This document shows positions 39,515 to 52,045 of a stretch of DNA of 64,000 bases, piece after piece; position 1 is the stretch's first letter, and every line of letters begins with the position of its first letter. The notes under the pieces were generated by a model. It searched no databases and was not told the DNA's origin. It saw nothing but the letters and a program-made list of their open reading frames with translations. The translations under genes and the position numbers were made by a program. The stretch is taken from positions 101,308,001 through 101,372,000 of the forward strand of contig OX597816.1 in the NCBI GenBank assembly GCA_951406725.2. Direction: 5' to 3'. This DNA is from Octopus vulgaris. Taxonomy: Eukaryota.

Positions 39515-39697
39515 AGGGGGAAATTCACAAAAAAAAAGACCAAGACAGGTAGTGTAGACAACAAACAGATGTATTAGTATAACTTTCGGGGAGTGAAAAA
39601 TTCTTTAACGTTTCGAGCCTATGCTCTTCCACAGAAAGGAACACAGAAAGAAACAAGGAGAGAAAATAAAGAATGTGTAGTGGCTAGCGATCTATCA
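39515..39697 (-). mobile_element. Penelope pLTR-like fragment with degenerate minimal hammerhead, same family as 46000-46180
   Basis: Minus strand: cctttctgtggaagagcataggctcGAAACGTTaaag. Flanked by (TA)n and (ATAC)n. Confidence 0.6.
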
Positions 39698-39745
39698 TAC
39701 ATACATACTTACATATATGCATACATACATACATACATACATACA

Positions 39746-39776
<31 letters not shown>

Positions 39777-40651
39777 TACATTAATACACCGAATATCTAT
39801 ATGCATACAACATATATATGTAAATGTTCGCGTGTGGGTGTCTGTGCGTGCGATTGTACATGCGTGTGTGTGTGTGTGTGTGGTCTATAACAAACGAAAC
39901 AGTTCATTATGGTAATGTTATCACCACCTTGTCATTGTACCGACTTTCCCATGTATAATCTCCGGTCAATATCCGTATTAGAGATCCTATTATGAAAATA
40001 TTAATAGTGGTGACGAAATTTAAGTCAGTGAAGGTGGTGAAACGTCTACGATGATAAAGCTAATGAATTTTAACATATATTGCCAGTTGCGTGTCATATA
40101 TTATAAATTATGTACCACTGTATGCATGCACACTCACACGCACACATACACACGCACATACGCACACACACATACAAAGAAATTTATAAATACATATGTA
40201 TGAGTACATATATATATGTATATGCATCTACTTATAAATACATATGTATACATATAGATATATACATATACAGATACATATACATATACATACATGTATA
40301 ATACACGTATATATGTATAAGTAAATGCACCACCCCGACACACACACATATACATACAGTAATACATACACATACATGCATTCTTACATATATATATATA
40401 TGTGTCCATGCATACATATACACATGTATACATATTTATACACGTACATATTATACATATACACATACATACATATCGAAAGACATCAGGAATGCATTTC
40501 AGAGCAATAATCTAATACAGTCTTACATAAAATGTGTTTAGGGTGATAAAAATTAATGTAATAATGAATTTTAAAGATTTAAATGCAGTTGATACTTGCG
40601 CCTTTAATTGTCTTCCTTACTCATTTACTCAACGTATGATATGTATGCGTG

Positions 40652-40704
<53 letters not shown>

Positions 40705-42082
40705 TAATACAAAACATCATATACACAATATATACGTATATATGTATATGTATGTCTGCACGCGCGCATGTGTGTATGGTGTGTGTGTGTGTGTGTGTAC
40801 GCATATATATAGATAAATGAGAATCGGGAACTATGTGAAGAAGTAATGGAACCCGATGATGATGATGACGCTCTCCGTTATGTATATCAGATATGGGTAA
40901 CATGCGACACATAGACTGTAGACGGTCCACATGATGTAACGTCGTGATTAAATATTCACTTGATATAAGGGATTGAGGTTAAACGAAGCACATCAGAGGG
41001 ATATTTGAAGGTGGGAGGGACAAGAATGTGTATGAGTGTGCCTGTGTGATGAGTGACAAGATGCTATAAAATATGGAGAAATAGGTGGTGAAGAAAATGA
41101 AATGAATTATGCACAAAGTTTAAGAGTGTGCGTGTGTATGTACGTGTGTGTGTGCGTGTGTGTACGTGTGTGTGTGTGCGCGTGCGTGCGTATATGTGTG
41201 TTTGTGTGTATGTGTGAAGTTTGTATGCGATTTCATTTGTGTTTATGAATTAAGCAGGGTATAATGCTAGCAGATGACGTCCTGGAAGTGTTTTAGTGTA
41301 AAGTTGTATGTGGGCGTTGGTTACTTGATGGATAGTTTACTATGTGCAAGGAGAGTGTATGGGTAGGGTAAACCAGTAGTGTGGTACGTGCATGTCTATG
41401 GATGCAATACGTTTCTTTATGTGGAAAAGATGTTGTGAACATAGCGTGAGCGTGGGTGAATTTAGAAGAAAGCAAATCGGTTGTTAAAATCTGCAACGTG
41501 AGATTATTTCAATAGAATATCTGTATCGTTCACAGCGAAGCTAGGAAACATCTACTATGGCGTTGTATAAAACTAAAAGCAACAGCTGAGAGAGGCTTCG
41601 AGAGCTGAAACGTTTGACCTTTGATGACTGCTCCGGTATGGTGGCCAACAATCGTTTCCGAAATCGTTCAGCCACACAGTGACCATTTTCTCTCGTATTT
41701 TCTCAAGCCACAAAATTGGTATTTAATCCAGTAAATGATATTTTTCGTGGGCTGATAAGGTGATATGTTATATGGGGAGATCACAAAGTGCGTGTAAGCG
41801 GTGGTGCTGCAGTGGGCACTGTAACAGGTTTTGCAAAGTGAATAGAGCGGCGAACACAATGTGGATCCAACACTGTGTTGGAGAATGAATAAGAAATATG
41901 GACCAGACGGTCACCCAAATTTGAGGTCACGGTTGAAAGACGAGATAGGGTGTTCAGAGAAGCTTGTGGGGTTTGTTTAGAGGAGACAGAACTACTATAG
42001 AATGGTGCGTAGGATGTAGGATCGGTGTGCGAGAGAAGGTGGGGGGAAGGAAACGCGGTTAATGGTAGGACTTGTTTATTAT

Positions 42083-42275
42083 ATTGGTTTCAAATGGTTA
42101 CAAGGTCAGCAAATTCGAAATAGAGGTTAAGTCGATTATATCGACCCTGGTTCTTCACTGGTACTTATTCTATTGACCCCGAAAGGATGAAAGGCAAAGT
42201 CGACCTCGGTGAAATGTGAACTAAGAACGTAAAGATAAACGAAATGCTGTTAAGCATTTTGTCCAGCGTGCCTAG
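42083..42275 (-). mobile_element. SINE family A
   Basis: ctggtacttattctattgaccccgaaaggatgaaaggcaaagtcgacctcgg. Confidence 0.82.
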
Positions 42276-42405
42276 CACACGGCGCCGGCGAAAACACTAA
42301 CGCTAGAGTTGCAAGTCATAGTCTCTTGATTTTTGTATTATTTGGTGTTAACGATGGTGGTGATGGCAGCGGCGAAGATGAAATTTGCAAGTGTGTTGGA
42401 GCAAC

Positions 42406-42990
42406 AATATTTTTCGATTTTAAGGCAGCGAGCTGTCGTTCGACTTTGCTTTTCTTCCTTTCGGGGTCGATAAATTAAGTACCAGTTGCGCACTAGGGGC
42501 AGTGCAATCCATTGCCCCACCTCCTTTCGGGCCTTGTGCCTAGAGTAGAAAGGAATATTTTTCGATTTTAAAGCATCGAGCTGGCAGAAACGTTAGCACG
42601 CCGGGCAAAATGCTTAGCGGTATTTCGTCTGCCGCTACGTCTGCCGCTGGGTTCAAATTCCGCCGAGGTCGACTTTTGCCTTTCATCCTTTCGGGGTCGA
42701 TTAAATAAGTAACAGTTACGCACTGGGGTCGATATAATCGACTTAATCCGTTTGTCTGTCCTTGTTTGTCCTCTCTGTGTTTAGCCTCTTGTGGGTAGTA
42801 AAGAAATAAGTATTTCGTCTGTCTTTACGTTCTGAGTTCAACTTCCGCCGAGGTCGATTTTGCCTTTCATCCTTTCGGGGTCGATAAATTAAATACCAGT
42901 TACGTACTGGGGTCGATCTAATCGACTGGCCCCCGCCTCCAAAATTTCGGGCCTTATGCCTAGATTAGAAAAAAATATTTTTCGATTTTT
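42406..42990 (+). mobile_element. Tandem array of three SINE family A units
   Basis: Core repeated at ~42440, ~42665 and ~42850. Spacer 'aatatttttcgatttt' at ~42406, ~42554 and ~42974. Confidence 0.85.
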
Positions 42991-43477
42991 CTTCTTTTTT
43001 CATTCTATTTTGGTTGTTCTTGTGTTTGTTACTATTGTTGATTTTTTTTTGTTTTCTTTTGTTAAGGCCTCGGTCGGATTTGGTTGCAGTGGTGATGATT
43101 TGTTTTAAGAGAGACAAGATTCAGTCAAAACTGCACTTCTAATCACTAATCTCATTCCTGTGCGTCAAACAAACTGCTTAGATGTATTTTTCCGGCTCTT
43201 TACATTACAAGCTTAAATTCTACCAAGGTCACCTTTGCCTTTCCTCCTATTAGGTTCGATAAAATAAGCATGAATCAAGTGCTATGAATGATGTAATCAA
43301 ATTATCCCTCCCCTTAAATCTGCTGGCTGTCTGCCAAAATTTGAATCAGTTATAAATAGGTGGTAGAACAAAACGAGTAATTTCTGATTCTTTGTTATTT
43401 TATTCTGTGTTTGTAAGGCACTATTGGAACGAAAAAATATTGGATCATCATTTTGTATTGTTATATCATTTTGAGGT

Positions 43478-43680
43478 GGGGGCACATGGCCTAGTGGTTA
43501 GAGCAACGGATTCGCGGTCGAGGGATCGCGGGTTCGAATCTCAGACCGGGCGATGTGTGTGTTTATGAGCGAAACACCTAAGCTCCACGCGGCTCCGGCA
43601 TAAGTTAATGGCGAACTTCTGCTGACTCTTTCACCAACAACTTTCTCTCACTCTCTCCTCCTGCATCTTGCAGCTCACCT
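43478..43680 (+). mobile_element. tRNA-derived SINE family C
   Basis: A box tggcctagtgg and B box ggttcgaatc, then cagaccgggcgatgtgtgtgtttatgagcgaaacacctaagctccacg. Shared with 59541 and 62187. Confidence 0.82.
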
Positions 43681-45077
43681 TATGAGTCAGGCATGGCTTT
43701 AGAAGGAACACACATATCATTTTGAGAGTAAAACTTGTCAATATAGTTGTTATTGTTAAAATTGAGAGAGTTTGAAACATAACCAGGTGACAGGTAATTT
43801 TTTTCAAGAAATTTTACCTCAACCGGATTGTAATTGAGGTTGCTAATAAAATATCCAGATAATTTTTGGTGGCTAACAATCAATATATTTTCTCTGTTGT
43901 TTCCAAGTCATTTTTTTTCCACACTAGTATATAATTTGATCATTTTCAATTTTGAAAAAATTATGTCTAATTTTAATAATTTCTTCTCTTTAATTGAACG
44001 GTGTGTAAATATATCAGGAATAGAGCACATTGTAAAAAAGCTATGGAGAATATTTTATGCTGACTCTTCAGATTTATTCGACTTTCATCAAATGTGCCAT
44101 TTCTCCATGATCCTCTTTCGTTTCACCAACAAATTTTTAATTTTTGTAACATTTCTGATCTTTCTAATGTCTAAGGATATTTATATGCATGAGTCATTTC
44201 TAAGTGCGATTCTGGAGAACTGAGGAGGTGAATTTATCTTATTTTGTCTTAAACATTTTGCCCCAGCTAAATTTATTTTTTAATACTCAATGAGAACGGC
44301 GATAATTTTCTGAAATAGTGTTCTGAATATGTTATGGTGTTTCTTATGCATTTAGAGAAGGGCATTTACTAAGCTGGTATAGTTTTTGTAGTGAACATTT
44401 ATAAAAACGAAAAACTTTTCTCAAAGTCAAAGATGCAGTAAATATTACTCATTGTGCTCCACCGACCCTTTACTGTTAAGGTGGCAAGCCAACAAAATTA
44501 TTAGTGACATTTCTTCTGGTTCTTTCTGTTCTGAGTTCCAATTCTGCCGAAGTTGTCATCGGGGTTGAGCACTAAAATTTGCTGGCCATGCACTAAAATT
44601 TGAAACTAATAATATCATAATCGTCGTCGTCGTCATCATCGTCGTCGTCATCTTCGTCGTCGATGTCCCCATCATATTTCTTCATGTATTTGGACATTTG
44701 TTGAGAGCCACAGAAACTATTACATAGATCCGAGGATACGCAAATACTATATTTTTCCCAACGGGTATAAAAAAACAGACTGTAGTAATATTTCGATATG
44801 TTAATAATATTGTGATTACATATATTATTAGTAGTGTGTGCGTGTGAGTGTGTGCTTGTGCGTGTGTGCGTGCGTGTGTACTTGTATATGTGACTATATA
44901 TACATATATATATGTATGTAAGTATGTATGTGTGCATGTATTTATGTATGCATGTATGTATATATCCATTAATACATATATACAAATATAACTAATGTAG
45001 GATAAAATCTTTTTCGAGAAAAACATTTTATCAATGGCCAGCATATCAAAAACTACTTTTAAAGGTTAAATTTATAA

Positions 45078-45617
45078 ATAATTTACAAGATAAGGGCAAA
45101 AGAAAAATTCTAATGCCAAATATGCCGATAAAAAGACAAAATTGTCAATAACCATTATAATTTACGCATCTCGAAACAAACCGATAGAAATTTCTAAAAA
45201 ATCCGTTATTACCGTATTGGTCCCAATTTCGGGGTTAATTCATAAGAATTTTCCCCTCTTCAGCGATAAATACGTGAGATATAAGTGAAATACTTACTCA
45301 TACCCATGGAAAAAGCAAGCACTAAGTCCTGAGCAGACCTAAGTACCCCAAATATATCCAAAATAGAAAATCTTCGGCACATCTCGAGTCACTTGTGATT
45401 CGAACTAGAAACTTTCACAGAGTGAGAGAATCCGGAGAGAGGAAAATTCTTATGAATTAACCCCGAAATTGGGACCAATACGGTAATAACGGATTTTTTA
45501 GAAATTTCTATCGGTTTGTTTCGAGACGCATAAATTATAATAATTATTGACAATTTTGTCTTTTTTTCGGCATATTTGACATTAGAATTTTTCTTTTGCC
45601 CTTATCTTGTAAATTAT
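45078..45617. repeat. Large inverted repeat (182-bp arms 45078-45259 / 45436-45617)
   Basis: The arms are reverse complements with few mismatches around a 176-bp spacer. A third partial arm copy lies at 45745-45778. Confidence 0.93.
45210..45268 (-). ncRNA. Canonical type I hammerhead ribozyme
   Basis: Minus strand: tatcg-CTGAAGA-gggg(aaaattcttatgaattaa)cccc-GAAA-ttgg-ga-ccaa-TA-cggta. All three stems pair. Confidence 0.8.
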
Positions 45618-45833
45618 ATATACAAATATATATATATATATTGGAACACACACACAAGGTACAGGAAACTTATATATACACCATTCAGCTTAGATAATGG
45701 AACTGCAGATATAGTATTCTTACGTATCTCACGTCTGTTTTTATATGTCAAATATGCCAAAAAAAGACAAAATTGTCACTCAGTATTTCATACCTCCTCT
45801 ATTATAACTATTATTTAAACATTTTCTCGCACC

Positions 45834-45881
45834 GTCTCTGATGAAGGGATATATAAAATATCCTGGAAACAGCTCTAAGAC
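45834..45881 (+). ncRNA. Type I hammerhead ribozyme motif (stem III mutated)
   Basis: gtct-CTGATGA-agggatat-ataaa-atatcctg-GAAAC-agct-CTA-agac. Confidence 0.7.
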
Positions 45882-45949
45882 CTTCTTCCTTTATAAATGT
45901 TCTGAAAACTTTCACAGCTTTGAATTTTTATCGCATTCTGTTAATTTAT

Positions 45950-45982
<33 letters not shown>

Positions 45983-45999
45983 CATATATATATACTGGA

Positions 46000-46180
46000 C
46001 CACTGAAATCTGCTAGTTTTTTTCATTCTCTCTCTGTTTGTTATCTATTATTCCTTTCTGTTGAAGAGCGTAAGCTCGAAACGTAAAAGTCTTTATCATT
46101 TTCCCCGAGAGTTAGATTAATAGACTTACTTGTTGTTGATACACCTGTCTTCGTCTTTTGTTTTTTCTAAAAATTTCAGC
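46000..46180 (+). mobile_element. Penelope pLTR-like fragment with degenerate minimal hammerhead
   Basis: ttgaaga-gc-gtaa-gc-tc-GAAAC-GTA-aaag. Reverse-complement homologue of 39515-39697. Confidence 0.6.
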
Positions 46181-46285
<105 letters not shown>

Positions 46286-46436
46286 CATATATATTCACAT
46301 ATACATATATATGTATGTATGTATGTATGTACGTATGTATGTATGTATGTATGTATGTATGTATGTATGCATGCATGTATATCCATACATGCACATACAC
46401 ACATATATATGTATATAGATAGATAGACAGACAGCG

Positions 46437-46492
<56 letters not shown>

Positions 46493-47270
46493 GTACGAAT
46501 GGAACGAAGAGAATAATTCATTTGGTCTAACGACGTAATTGTGGATAATTGTCTTAAAGAGTGATGTTCTAAATACCGTAAGCAAAATGTTATTACTTAA
46601 TAAAATTCTCACTTTAAGGTTGAGAAAGAGTATAAAAATAATTAAAGTCATCATTCCATTTTACGTAATTAGGAATTAATCTTGATACTTGGAGGACAGA
46701 AAGGCTGATCTTTGCAGGTAAAGGACTCCTGCAGACGTAATTTAGTTTACACACACACACACACTTACACACACACACACGCACACGCACGCACGTGTGT
46801 GTGTGTGTGTGCGTGTGTGTGTCTGTGTGTAGTGAGGCGACTAACGCAATGTTTTGAGTTTTTGGCTCATATTCATAATGTTGTGGGTTCAATTTCTGGA
46901 ACGAGTGATGTGTACTTTATCGTTCGACTAGTAATATCTCACTGTTAACGTCTCGTACATGTTAATGTGTCATATATATATGAGCCGTTAACATTCACGA
47001 GACGCTAACATATTTTCATCTGCTTTCGTGTAAGTTAACATATGACATTTTACCAATATATCTACTTGACTTTTTCTTATACTAAGCTCTGTAGATGAAT
47101 ATATTGATTTATTCTTACTTTACTACTCCAATATACACAACCTTCCTCCCCTTTCTAAGGTCTATACCATGTTTTATACTATGTTTTTCATGTATAAATT
47201 TTATCAGTTAACGGTTTGCAGCCGTTCAGTCAACATGCAGGAATTGAACACCTATTTTGTATATTTTAAA

Positions 47271-47360
47271 CTACCTCTGACGAGATTCGACTTACAAATT
47301 ATTTTTGATTTTATTAATTAATTTTCTGAAGGTCTTGAATTGAAACAGCTGTAATGGAAG
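47271..47360 (+). ncRNA. Hammerhead ribozyme motif with long AT-rich stem II
   Basis: CTGACGA-gattc...gaatt-GAAAC-agct-GTA. Stem III is the palindrome acagctgt; stem I is imperfect. Confidence 0.62.
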
Positions 47361-47569
47361 TTTGTCAATTTTTTTTAATTAATAAATAATAATTTATTAA
47401 TTACCTATCTATTTTCTTATCTTATTATAGTAAATAAATAAATATATATATATATATATATATAAACCACGGTTTATATAATGACCTTGCAGTTGAGTAT
47501 TAACTGTAATTTTTAACATTCTTTGTATAGATAACTAACTAGTACTTTCATAGGATTTTTCTATCTCTG

Positions 47570-47603
47570 AATGATTTACTGTTAGGTGACTTTTGGCCAA
47601 CCC

Positions 47604-47606
<3 letters not shown>
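47570..47606 (-). mobile_element. Tc1/mariner-type terminal inverted repeat fragment
   Basis: Minus strand TA|CAGGGTTGGCCAAAAGTCACC resembles CAGGGT-type TIRs. No partner end found. Confidence 0.4.
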
Positions 47607-47672
<66 letters not shown>

Positions 47673-47684
47673 TATATAAATAAT

Positions 47685-50289
47685 CATTATCATCTCATTG
47701 ACTATGTCATTGTACGTCGTTCTGATAGACAAGATGTAAGTCTTACACGCTCTTACAGTAAATGGAAATGTTGGTCAGATCACAAATTGATCTGCTCCGC
47801 AATCAAGATGAAAATCAAACGCCCTGTTAGATATCAACGTAGTTCTCCCATCAAGAGAATTGATGTGGACAAGTTGAAGGTTAAGGAGACCATGCAGTCG
47901 TTTCAAACGGCTACTGATGAAAAGCTGTCCTCCATTATATGTGGGAATGACATTGAGGCATCTTTGTCAGAGTTTAACATTGCAGTGTATGACTCTGCCA
48001 AAGAGTCATTAGGATATGTTCGAAGGAAGAACCAAGATTGGTTTGATGAAAATGATCCAACCATCCTCCCTTTGCTCAGTAACATGCATCAAACCCATCA
48101 ACTGTGGATTACTGACAAAAATTCTTCAGTGAAACACAAGGCTTTTCGAATGGCCAAAAAGTTGGCCCAATCTCGGCTCCGGGAAATGAAACAAAACTGG
48201 TGGAATTTGAAAGCCCAGGCCTTGCAAGATACAGCGGATAAGTGCGATTTTAAATCTTTCTACCAAAATCTCAAAGGTGTGTTTGGTCCCATCTCAAAGG
48301 GGGCATCTCCAATATTTTCGTCAGATGGCACTCTCCTTACCGATAAGAAAGAAATTACTAAGCGCTGGGCAGAACATTTTTCAAATGTTTTAAATAGAGA
48401 ATCGACAGTGGATCAGGAAGTGATTGATAATCTTCCTCAGAAGCAAACCATCGAGAATCTTGTTGACAGTCCATCCATGTCGGAGGTCGAAAAGGCTATA
48501 AAGCAATTGTCAAATGGTAAGGCTCCAGGTGATGATGGGATACCTGCAGAAATATACAAATGTGGAAGCCAACTGCTACTCAGGAAACTAAGTGCTCTGT
48601 TTTCATCAATTTGGGAACTTGGTACCGTGCCACAACAGTTCAAAGATGCTTCAATTATTCACCTATTTAAGCACAAAGGAAATAAATGTGAGTGTGATAA
48701 CCATAGAGGAATTTCTCTCTTATCTGTTGCTGGTAAGATTCTAGCGCGTGTAATCTTAAACAGACTCAATGATTCAATTTGTAAAACTGTGCTCCCAGAA
48801 ACCCAAAGTAGTTTTCGGTCTGGAAGAGGCGCTGTGGATATGATCTTCAGCTTACGGCAACTACAAGAGAAAGCAAGGGAACAGAATAAGGACTTGTTTG
48901 TTACCTTTGTTGATCTCACTAAGGCATTTGATACCGTCTCCAGGGATGCCCTGTGGACTGTTTTGAGGAAGCTTGGTGTTCCAGACAAGATGTTGAATGA
49001 GATTGTCTCCTTTCAACATGGAATGATGGCGTCAGTACGGTCTGACTGCGAACAGAGTGAACCATTCGAAGTATCAAATGGAACCAAGCAAGGGTGTGTC
49101 CTTGCTCCGATCCTATTTGCTCTTTTCTTTTCAGTGATGCTTGAAACAGCCTTCAAAGACACCTCGGAAGGTGTAGGTGCTGAGTATCGATCAAGCGGAG
49201 GGTTATTTAACCAGCAGCGGTTCAAAGGCAAAACCCGGACTTTTATGCAGACTGTTCTTGATCTCCTTTTTGCCGATGACTGTGCTCTTGTTACCCATAG
49301 TCTTGAGGACATGCAGAACATCCTCAATAGCTTCTCTGGTGCATGTAAGGCCTTTGGTCTTACAATTAGCATAAAGAAAACTGAACTTATTCACCAGCCG
49401 AAACCAAACTCTTCGCCCTCTTTACAACCAGTGGTATATGTTGATGGTAAAGCTTTGAAAACAGTATCTTCTTTTACATACCTCGGCTCTATTGTGTCTG
49501 ATTATGCAAAATTTGAAAAAGATATCCAAAACAGAATCAATAAAGCAAGTGAAGCATTTGGTAGGTTGCGACATAGACTCTGGAACAGCCACGATGTGTC
49601 TCTGAAAGTAAAAGTAGCAGTCTACAAATCTGTTGTTCTATCTACTCTTCTGTATGGTGCCGAAACGTGGACCTTGTATCGCAAGCATATCAATCAGCTT
49701 GATTCCTTCCATATGAGATGTCTGCGTTCTATTTGCAATGTTAAATGGCAAGATCGTCTTCGAAATAGTGAGTTACTGGAGAGGTGTGAGATCACTGGTA
49801 TTGAAACATTTTTGATTAAGATACAAATGCGGTGGTCTGGTCATCTCGTAAGAATGGATGACTCAAGAGTTCCAAAGCAGCTTTTTTATGGGCAATTGAC
49901 AAATTCTTCTCGTCCAACAGGGCGTCCTTTTCTTCGGTACAAGGACAAACTAAAAGACAATCTGAGGCGTTGTGACATTGCTCTGAGCTCCTGGGAGAGT
50001 GCAGCAGGGGATCGCAGCAAATGGAGGAAAATGTGTTTTATAAAGACTAGAGAATTTGAAAGTAACCGTCTTTGTCATAGGGACGCCTTTCGTGCAAATT
50101 TGAAAGCAACACATCAGCAAAATCCACCAAACAATGACTGTATGTGTCACTGTGGGTTTAAAGCACGAAGCAAAGCTGGGTTAGCTGTCCACTCGAGAAG
50201 ACATTTTGAACCAACGAATACATGCAGGTGTACCATTTGCGAGAAAGTGTGCTGGATTGAAGGTACACATGCGGTGTCACAAGGCTTAG
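47685..50289 (+). CDS. RTE ORF (partial endonuclease + reverse transcriptase + two C2H2 zinc fingers), with a frameshift near 50250
   Basis: Frame is uninterrupted to CTICEKVC, and continues as AGLKVHMRCHKA* in another frame (50251-50289). No genuine start codon (5'-truncated). Confidence 0.85.
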
Positions 50290-50347
50290 GAATTGTTGAA
50301 GGTTATTTACTGAACCCTCATTCATCGTCTTCCATGAGAGAATCCAC
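47685..50347 (+). mobile_element. 5'-truncated RTE (BovB-like) LINE with long open RT frame
   Basis: APE end HLIDYVIVR...WSDHKL, KAPGDDGIPAE, NHRGISLLSVAGKILAR, FVDLTKAFDTV, GTKQGCVLAP, LLFADDCAL, FTYLGS, LLYGAETW, C-terminal C2H2. Flanked by (TA)n. Confidence 0.95.
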
Positions 50348-50348
50348 C

Positions 50349-50406
<58 letters not shown>

Positions 50407-50724
50407 AAGTCAAAATATATAGATTCAAGTAATCCAGTTATAAACGGGAGAGAAATGATTTGATGTAATTTTATTTAACAATTAGAAAATATCACGATAA
50501 ACTGTTTCGTAACTTAAAAACATGTAAATAATTTTTTATATTTAATAAATAAATTACTTACATTTATTTTCCATAATTTATATGAATTTTTAAAAAATAT
50601 TTACTTATTTCTTTTAATTTATATATTTTTATTTTTTCATGATGATATCAATCCTTATATTTCATAAATATTGTCATATTGTCACTAAATACTTTTATTT
50701 AATTTCAATTCATTATTATTATTA

Positions 50725-50762
<38 letters not shown>

Positions 50763-50763
<1 letters not shown>

Positions 50764-51312
50764 GAGAGCAGTTCATGCCATCAAAGTGACACTGGGGTAA
50801 AATATACGAAGCCCAGTATACCCATCATGACTACCCGTCTGATAAGGGTGCACCAGGCACATGCATCACAACCATATGTGCGCGACATGGTGATCACATA
50901 TCAATATAAACAGCACATGACCTTGCAGGTGGGGCCCAGTTAGAATTTTCTTCAGGTTGAGTAACCCATCCCGCTCAAAAGGTCCCTGAATAAGGGTTGT
51001 TTAAGGATGTTGAAAGAACCACCCATGTTTCCAGAGGTGAATTATTCAAACCCCAAAGAATCCCTCTCAACACATGGCTATGATGCTCCCCCACTACTTC
51101 TGCTCGTGATCAGAGATGCACATATCGTCAGCCACTAGGGGACATGCTCAACTGGTTAAGGTCAAACAACTGACAAGCAAATCTGTGGTATTGAGCAGAA
51201 TATTTGCTGTAGCCCATCTTTTATACCAAGACAAAACAATGTACATGATAACACTTCCAATCAGTTAAGATCAGAAGCCATGAGAGCCACTGCCTGGTAC
51301 TGCATCAGGGCA
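50763..51312. mobile_element. ~555-bp (ATT)n-inserted element, copy C
   Basis: Homologous to 27490-28045, with (ATT)n on both sides and the same orientation relative to the repeat. Confidence 0.9.
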
Positions 51313-51379
51313 TAATTATTATTATTATTATTATTGTTGTTATTATTATTATTATTATTATCATTATTATTATTATTAT

Positions 51380-51423
<44 letters not shown>

Positions 51424-51654
51424 TTATATTTTTCCTATGTTTACGATATTTTACTTTCTAGGTTTTTGTAATAAATATATCTCTTTGTACTAATAATATC
51501 TACTAGTTACTTTTTAATTATATTACTAAAATTCCCTTCCATTTATTAAAAAATCCTCTTATTAATTTATATCAATTTTATTATTATTGTCTTCCATAAT
51601 CTTTTAAATGTAATCGACTTACTTCTTCTCTTCAAAATTTGGAAGTATTGCTAC

Positions 51655-51921
51655 ATATAGAGGGTGCGTCAATTTTTTGATGATACCTCTTTCAAGAGCT
51701 CTTACTTTCTTTTAACTTTTTTTTACCGTACTTTTCAGATAAATAATGTCAGACATCATTTTGGATCAGCAAATAGAGTGTCTGACATTAATAGCTAAAT
51801 GGAAAATGCATGCTCATCAGAACACATTACTTTGTACCAAACTCCAAGAAATAATCGATAAACCCCCGGAAAGGCAATCATAGTCATTGCAAAGGATCTC
51901 AAGGTTTCAGAATGCACCATC
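51655..51921 (+). pseudogene. Tc1/mariner N-terminal remnant
   Basis: TIR-like ta-gagggtgcgtcaa. HTH-like LQEIIDKP..KAIIVIAKDLKVSECTI is cut by a SINE. Confidence 0.45.
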
Positions 51922-52045
51922 GACCCCGAAAGGATAAAAGGCAAAGTTGACCTCAGTGGAATTTGAACTCAGAACGAAGCGACGAGCAAAATACCCCTAA
52001 GCATTTCGTCCAGCATGCTAACGATTCTGCCTGCTCGCTGCCTTA
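51921..52045 (-). mobile_element. SINE family A (partial)
   Basis: cgaccccgaaaggataaaaggcaaagttgacctc...ttctgcctgctcgctgcctt. Confidence 0.8.

Noticed and set aside
41585-41616. Hammerhead-like ctgagagaggcttcgagagctgaaacgtt
   Set aside because: The core does not match CUGANGA spacing and no stem I can be paired.
43478-43550. tRNA gene
   Set aside because: A and B boxes are present, but there is no proper acceptor stem and the sequence continues into a SINE body shared with 59541 and 62187.
43683-44440. Possible decayed transposase
   Set aside because: Coding-like composition but no recognisable motif in any frame.
47586-47684. N-terminal extension of the 940-aa ORF
   Set aside because: It starts at a GTG inside a TIR fragment and runs through (TA)n. 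The RTE is 5'-truncated and has no real start here.
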